Shown here in pieces: positions 56,240 through 64,000 of a stretch of DNA of 64,000 bases. The stretch lies in assembly GCF_009914755.1 (NCBI RefSeq), contig NC_060933.1; one strand, written 5' to 3'. A model generated the notes under the pieces. That model was not told where the DNA came from. It saw only the letters and a list, made by a program, of their open reading frames with translations, and ran no database searches. Position numbers and translations under genes: made by a program. Numbering within the stretch: the first letter of the stretch is position 1; each line of letters opens with the position of its first letter. This DNA is from the human T2T-CHM13v2.0 reference genome, Homo sapiens.

Positions 56240-59200
56240 GGATTCAACTTGAATGGAATGGAAAGAATGGAATCAACACGAGTGGAATGGCATGGATTGG
56301 AATGGAATGGAATGGAATCAACCCGAGTACAGGGGAATGGAATGGAATGGAATGCAATGGAATGGAATCATCCGTAATGGAATGGAAAGAATGGAATGGA
56401 ATGGAATGGAATCAACTCGATTGCAATCGAATGGAATGGAACGGAATTAACCCAAATAGAATGGAATGGAATGGAATGGAACGGAACGGAATGGAATCGA
56501 ATGGAATGGAATGGAACGGAACGGAACGGAATGGAATGGAATGGAATGGAATGGAATCAACGCGAGTGCAGGGGAATGGAATGCAATGGAATGGAATCTT
56601 CCGGAATGGAATGGAATGGAATGGAATGGAATGAAATGCAATGGATTCAACTCGATTGCAATGGAATGGAATAGAATGGAATGGAATGGAATGGAATGGA
56701 ATTAACCCGAATAGAATGGAATGGAATGCAATGGAACGGAATGGAACGGAATGGAATGGAAGGGAATGGAATGGAATGGTATGGAATGGAATGGAATGGT
56801 ACGGAATAGAATGGAATGGAACGAATTGTAATGGAATGGAATTGAATGGAATGGAATGGAATCAACGAGAGTGCAGGGGAATGTAATGGAACGAAATGCA
56901 ATGGAATGGAATCATCCGGAATGCAATGGAATGGAATGGAATGGAATGGAATCAACCCGAGTGCAATGGAATGGAGTGGAATGGAATGGAATGGAATGGA
57001 ACAACACGAATGGAATGCAATGTAATGGATAGTAAGGGAGTTGAATAGAATCAATCTGAATGTAATGGAATGCAACGGAATGGAATGGAATGGAATGGAA
57101 TGGAATGCAATGGAATGGAATCAACCCGAGTACAATGGAATGGAATGGAATGGAATGGAATGGAATGGAATGGAATGGAATCAACCCGACTGCAGGGGAA
57201 TGGAATGGAATGCAATGGAATGGAATGGAATCATCCGGAACGGAATGGACTGGAATGGAATGGAATCAACTCGATTGCAATGGAATGGAATGGAATGGAA
57301 TTTAATCGAATGGAATGGAATGGAATTAACCGGAATAGAATGGAATGGAATGGAATGGAACGGAATGGAATGGAATGGAATGGAATGGAATCAACCCGAG
57401 TGCAGGGGAATGGAATGGAATGGAATGCAATGGAATGGAATCATCCGGAATGGAATGGAATGGAATGGAATGCAATCACCCTGATGAAATGGAATGGAGT
57501 GGAATGGAATGGAATGGAATGGAAACATCCCGAATGGAATGGAATGTAATGGAGTGTAAGGGAATTGAATAGAATCAATCCGAATGTAATGGAATGGAAT
57601 GGAATGAAATGGAATGGAATGGAATGGAATGGAATCAACCCGAGTGCAATGGAATGGATTCGAATGGAATGGAATGGAATGGAATGGAATCAACTCGATT
57701 GGAATGGAATGGAATGGAATGGAATGGAATGGAATGGAATTAACCCGAATAGAATGGAATGGAATGGAATTGAACGGAATGGAATGGAATGGAATGGAAT
57801 GGAATGGAATGGAATGGAATGGAATCAACCCGACTGCAGGGGAATGGAATGGAATGGAATGGAATGGAATGGAATCATCCGGAAAGGAATGGACTGGAAT
57901 GGAATGGAATCAACTCGATTGCAATGGAATGGAATGGAATGGAATTTAATCGAATGGAATGGAATGGAATTAACCGGAATAGAATGGAATGGAATGGAAT
58001 GGAACGGAATGGAATGGAATGGAATGGAATGGAATGGAATGGAATGGAATCATCCCGAGTGCAGGGGAATGGAATGGAATGGAATGCAATGGAATGGAAT
58101 CATCCGGAATGGAATGGAATGGAATGGAATGCAATCAACCTGATGCAATGGAATTGAGTGGAATGGAATGGAATGGAATGGAAACATCCCGAATGGAATG
58201 GAATGTAATGGAGTGTAAGGGAATTGAATAGAATCAATCCGAATGTAATGGAATGGAATGGAATGAAATGGAAAGGAATGGAATGGAATGGAATCAACCC
58301 GAGTGCAATGGAATGGATTCGAATGGAATGGAATGGAATGGAATGGATTCAACAAGAATGGAATGGAAAGGAATGGAATCAACCCGAGTGTAATGGCATG
58401 GAATGGAACGGAATGGAATGGGATGGAATGGAATGGTATGGAATAGAATGGAATAGAATGAAATGGAATGGAATGGAATGGAATGGAATGGAATGGAATG
58501 GAATGAACCCGTGTGCAATGGAATGGAATGGAATGGAATGGAATGGATTCAACTCGAATGGAATCAACTCGATTGCAATGGAATGGAATGGAATTGAAAG
58601 GAATAGAATGGAATCAACACGAGTTGAATGGAATGGAAAGGACTGGAATGGAGTGGAATGGAATGGAATGGAATTAACACTAATAGAATGAAATGGAATG
58701 GAATGGAATGGAATGGAATGGAATGCAATGGAAAGGAATCATCCGGAATGGAATGGAATGGAATGGAATGGAATGGAATCAACTCGATTTCAATGGAATG
58801 GAATGGAATAGAATGGAATGGAATTAACACGAATAGAATGGAAAGGAATGGAATTGAATGGAACAGAAAGGAATGGAATGGAATGGAATGGAATCAACCC
58901 AAGTGCAGGGGAATGGAATGGAATGGAATTCAATGGAATGGAATCATCCGGAATGGAATGGAATGGAATGGAATGGAATGGAATCAACGCGAGTGCAGGG
59001 GAATGGAATGGAATGGAATGCAATCGAATGGAATCTTCCGGAATGGAATGGAATGGAATGGAATGGAATGAAATGCAATGGATTCAACTCGATTGCAAAG
59101 GAATGGAATAGAATGGAATGTAATGGAATGGAATGGAATTAATTCGAATAGAATGGAATGGAATGCAATGGAACGGAATGGAACGGAATGGAATGGAATG

Positions 59201-59520
59201 GAATGGAATGGAATGGAATGGAATGGAACGGAATGGAATGGAATCAACGCGAGTGCAGGGGAATGTAATGGAACGGAAGGCAATGGAATGGAATCATCCA
59301 GAATGGAATGGAATGGAATGGAATGGAATGGAATGGAATGGAATCAACCCGAGTGCAATGGAATGGTGTGGAATGGAATGGAATGGAATGGAACAACCCG
59401 AATGGAATGGAATGTAATGGAGAGTAAGGGAGTTGAATAGAATCAATCCGAATGTAATGGAATGGAATGCAACGGAATGGAATGGAATGGAATGGAATGG
59501 AATGGAATGGAATGGAATGC
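56240..59520 (+). repeat. Second copy of the 3.3-kb block at 50180-53520
   Basis: Same diagnostic variants at +6057. It lacks the ggtatgg/ggtacgg/gaacgaattg words found at ~53170-53240. Confidence 0.9.
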
Positions 59521-62500
59521 AAAGGAATGGAATCAACCCGAGTGGAATGGCATGGAATGGAATGCAATGGATTGGAATGGAATGGAATCAACTCGAGTGG
59601 AAAGGAATGCAATAGAATGGAAAGGAATGGAATGAAGTCAACTCAAGAGGAAAGGAATGGAATGGAATGGATTGGAATGGATTGCAATGGAATGAAATGG
59701 AATGGAATGGAATGGAATCAATCATGGAAGGGAATGTAATGGAGTGGAAAGAAAGGAATGGAATCAACCCGAGTGGAATGCAAGGCAATGGAATGGAATG
59801 GAAAGGAATGGAATGGAATCAACTCGATTGCAATGGAATGGAATGGAATGGAATGGAATGGATTGGAATGGAATGCAATTAACCGGAATAGAATGGAATG
59901 GAATGGAATGGAACGGAATGGAATGGAATGGAAGGGAATGGAATCAACACGAGTGCAGGGGAATGGAATGGAATGGAATGGAATGCAATGGAATGGAATC
60001 ATCTGGAATGGAATGGAATGGAATGGAATCAACTCCATTGCAATGGAATGGAATGGAATGGAATGGAATGGAATAGAATGGAATGGAATTAACCCGAATA
60101 GAATGGAATGCAATAGAATGGAATGCAATGGAACCGAATGGAGTGGAATGGAATGGAATGGAATCAACCCGAGTACAGAGGAATGGAATGGAATGGAATG
60201 CAATGGAATGGAGTCATCCGTAATGGAATGGAAAGGAATGGAATGGAATGGAATGGAATGGAAGGGAATGGAATGGAATGGAATCAACTCGATGGCAATC
60301 GAATGGAATGGAATGGAATTAACCCGAATAGAATGGAATGGAATGGAATGGAATGGAACGGAATGGAATGGAATGGAATGGAACGGAACAAAATGGAATG
60401 GAATGGAATGGAATGGAATCAACGCGAGTGCAGGGGAATGGAATGGAATGGAATGCAATGGAATGGAATCTTCCAGAATGGAATGGAATGGAATGGAATG
60501 GAATGAAAGGCAATGGATTCAACTCGATTGCAATGGAATGGAATAGAATGGAATGGAATGGAATGGAATGGAATGGAATGGAATTGAATGGAATGGAATG
60601 CCTTCAAACCGAATGGAATGGAAAGGAATGGAATCAACACGAGTGGAAAGGAATGGAATGGAAAGGAATGGAATGGAATGGAATGGTACGGAATAGAACG
60701 GAATGGAACGAACTGGAATGGAATGGAATGGAATGGAATGGAATGGAATGGAATCGTTCCGAGTGGAATAGGAGGGAATGTATTCGAGTGGAATGGAAAG
60801 GAATGGAATCAACCAGAGTGGAATGGAAGGGAATGGAATGGAATGGAAACTAATAGAATGGAATCAAGCCGATTGGAATGGAATGGAAAGGACTGGAATG
60901 GAATGGAATGGAATGGAATGGAATGGAATGGAATCAACTCGATTGTAATGGAATGGAATGGAATGGAATGGAATGGAATGGAATGGAATGGAATTAACCC
61001 GAATAAAATGGAATGGAATGGAATGGAACGGAATGGAGTGGAATGGAATGGAATCAACCCGAGTGCAGGAGAATGGAATGGAATGGAATGCAATGGAATG
61101 GAATCATCCGGAATGGAATGGAATGGAATGGAATGCAAAGCAATGGAATCAACTCAATTGCAATGGAATGGAATGGAGTGGAAAGGAATAGAATGGAATC
61201 AACCCGAGTGTTATGGAATGGAAAGGACTGGAATGGAGTGGAATGGAATGGAATGGAATGGAATCAACTCGATTGGAATGGAATGGAATAGAATGGAATG
61301 GAATGGAATGGAATGGAATTAACCCGAATAGAATGGAATGGCATGGAATTGAACGGAACGGAATGGAATGGAATGGAATGGAATGGAATGGAATGGAATG
61401 GAGTCAACCCGACTGCAGGGGAATGGAATGGAATGGAATGGAATGAAATGGAATGGAATGGAATGGAATGGAATCATCCGGAACGGAATGGAATTGAATG
61501 GAATGGAATCAACTCGATTACAATGGAATGGAATGGAATGGAATGGAATGGAATGGAATGGAATGGAATGGAATTCACCCGAATAGAATGGAATGGAATG
61601 GAATGGAAAGGAATGGAAGGGAAGGAAATGGAATGTAATCAACCCGAGTGCAGGGGAATGGAATGGAATGGAATGCGATGGAATGGAATCATCCGGAATG
61701 GAATGGAATGGAATGGAATGGAATGGAATGGAATGGTATCAACCCGAATGCAGGGGAATGTAATGGAACGGAATGCAATGGAATGGAATCATCCGGAATG
61801 GAATGGAATGGAATGGAATGGAATGGAATCAACCCGAGTGCAATGGAATGGAGTGGAATGGAATGGAATGGAATGGAACAACCCGAATGGAATGGAATGT
61901 AATGGAGAGTAAGGGAGTTGAATAGAATCAATCCGAATGTAATGGAATGGAATGCAACGGAATGGAATGGAATGGAATGCAATGGAATGGAATGGAATGG
62001 AATGCAAAGGAATGGAATCAACCCGAGTGGAATGGCATGGAATGGAATGCAATGGATTGGAATGGAATGGAATCAACTCGAGTGGAAAGGAATGGAATGG
62101 AATGGAATGGAAAGGAATGGAATGAAGTCAACTCGAGTGGAATGGAGTGGAAAGTAATGGAATGGAATGGATTGGAATGGATTGCAATGGAATGAAATGG
62201 AATGGAATGGAATGGAATCAATCATTCCGAGTGGAATGGAAGGGAATGTAATGGAGTGGAAAGAAGGGAATGGAATCAACCCGAGTGGAATGCAAGGCAA
62301 TGGAATGGAATGGAAAGGAATGGAATGGAATCAACTCGATTGCAATGGAATGGAATGGAATGGAATGGAACGGAATGGAATCAACACGAGTGCAGGGGAA
62401 TGGAATGGAATGGAATGCAATGGAATGGAATAATCCGGAATGGAATGGAACGGAATGGAATCAACTCCATTGCAATGGAATGGAATGGAATGGAATGGAA

Positions 62501-64000
62501 TAGAACGGCATGGAATTAACCCGAATAGAATGGAATGCAATAGAATGGAATGCAACGGAACCGAATGGAGTGGAATGGAATGGAATATAATCAACCCGAG
62601 TACAGGGGAATGGAATGGAATGGAATGCAATGGAATGGAGTCATCCATAATGGAATGGAAAGAATGGAATGGAATGGAATGGTATGGAATGGAATGGAAT
62701 GGAATCAACTCGATGGCAATCGAATGGAATGCAATGGAATTAACCCGAATAGAATGGAATGGAATGGAATGGAACGGAACGGAATGGAATGGAATGGAAT
62801 GGAACGGAACGGAATGGAATGGAATGGAATGGAATGGAATCAACGCGAGTGCAGGGGAATGGAATGGAATGGAATGGAATGGAATAAACCCGAGTGCAAT
62901 GGAATGGAGTGGAATGGAATGGAGTGGAATGGAACAGCCCGAATGGAATGGAATGGAATGGAGAGTAAGGGAGTTGAATAGAATCAATCCGAATGTAATA
63001 GAATGGAATGAAACGGAATGGAATGGAATGGAATGGAATGGAATGCAATGGAATGGAATCAACCCGAGTGCAATCGAATGGAATCGAATGGAATGGAATG
63101 CAATGGAATGGATTCAACTTGAATGGAATGGAAAGAATGGAATCAACACGAGTGGAAGGGCATGGATTGGAATGCAATGGAATGGAATCAACCCGAGTAC
63201 AGGGGAATGGAATGGAATGGAATGCAATGGAATGGAATCATCCGTAATGGAATGGAAAGGAATGGAATGGAATGGAATGGAATGGAATGGAATGGAATGG
63301 AATGGAATCAACACGATTGCCATCGAATGGAATGGAATGGAATTAACCCGAATAGAATGGAATGGAATGGAATGGAACGGAACGGAATGGAATGGAATAG
63401 AATCAACCCGAGTGCAGGGGAATGGAATGGAATGGAATGCAATGGAATGGAATGGAATGGAATGGAATCGTTCCGAGTGGAATAGGATGGAATGTATTCG
63501 AGTGGAATGGAAAGGAATGGAATCAACCAGAGTGGAATGGAAGGGAATGGAATGGAATGGAATCTAATAGAATGGAATCAACCCGAGTGGAATGGAATGG
63601 AAAGGACTGGAATGGAATGGAATGGAATGGAATGGAAGGGAATCAACTCGATTGTAATGGAATGGAATGGAATGGAATGGAATGGAATGGAATGGAATGG
63701 AATTAACCCGAATACAATGGAATGGAATGGAATGGAACGGAATGGAGTGGAATGGAATGGAATCAACCCGAGTGCAGGGGAAAGGAATGGAATGGAATGC
63801 AATGGAATGGAATCATCCAGAATGGAATGGAATGGAATGGAATGCAAAGCAATGGAATCAACTCGATTGCAATGGAATGGAATGGAATGGAAAGGAATAC
63901 AATGGAATCAACCCGAGTGTAATGGAATGGAAAGGACTGGAATAGAGTGGAATGGAATGGAATGGAAAGGAATGGAATCAACTCGATTGTAATGGAATGG

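Larger units (their letters stand above)
1..64000 (+). repeat. Human-type Satellite III (HSat3) array, (GGAAT)n/(ATTCC)n, pericentromeric heterochromatin; probably HSat3B-type
   Basis: Every line of the window is GGAAT pentamer or a point variant of it (GCAAT, GTAAT, GGAAC, AGAAT, CGAAT). It is interspersed with CAACCCGAGT / CAACTCGATT / CAACGCGAGT / TAACCCGAAT decamers, the classical Satellite 3 hallmark (reverse complement ACTCGGGTTG). The array runs off both ends. The subfamily assignment is less certain than the family call. Confidence 0.98.

Noticed and set aside
3169-61576. EcoRI (GAATTC) and PstI (CTGCAG) sites as evidence of a regular restriction-defined HOR such as the ~3.5-kb DYZ1 unit
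   Set aside because: Sites are irregularly spaced (EcoRI near 3169, 6025, 19000, 29043, 33072, 35725, 39074, 51710, 52879, 55681, 58925, 61571), with no constant period.
4641-63560. Recurrent conserved words separated by variable-length spacers, superficially CRISPR-like
   Set aside because: The 'spacers' are GGAAT repeats rather than unique sequence, spacing is irregular and there are no cas genes. This is eukaryotic satellite DNA.
1-64000. HSat2, telomeric or alpha-satellite identity, or embedded Alu/L1 insertions
   Set aside because: It lacks the dense CATCATCGAATGGAATCGAATG pattern of HSat2, TTAGGG repeats, 171-bp monomers, poly-A tails and any non-pentamer-derived segment.

Overview
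The whole 64 kb window is one uninterrupted, single-orientation array of primate (human-type) classical Satellite III (HSat3). It consists of (GGAAT)n on the + strand, punctuated every few tens of bases by the diagnostic CAACCCGAGT-family decamer and a small vocabulary of other diverged words. There are no credible genes. All predicted ORFs (MEWNG.../IPFHS...) are artefacts of a stop-free pentamer, and I see no transposon insertion, inversion or unique sequence. A recurring ~155-bp module resembles, from memory, the chromosome 9 SatIII clone pHuR98, which would suggest an HSat3B / 9q12-type array (unverified). The real structure is internal. (1) About 37 perfect three-unit heat-shock elements (GAA-tc-TTC-cg-GAA) sit at a fixed place in the module order. 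(2) An ordered module grammar has a ~0.86-kb short loop and a ~1.86-kb long loop instead of a strict higher-order repeat. (3) Nested tandem and dispersed duplications can be tracked by private variants (70, 80, 180, 449, ~660, ~860, ~915, ~1860, ~1960 bp tandem; 5.9, 6.06, 15.8, 17.2, 26.3 and 28.8 kb dispersed). (4) There are chimeric modules and CpG-decay signatures. All counts and offsets were made by eye and should be confirmed computationally.
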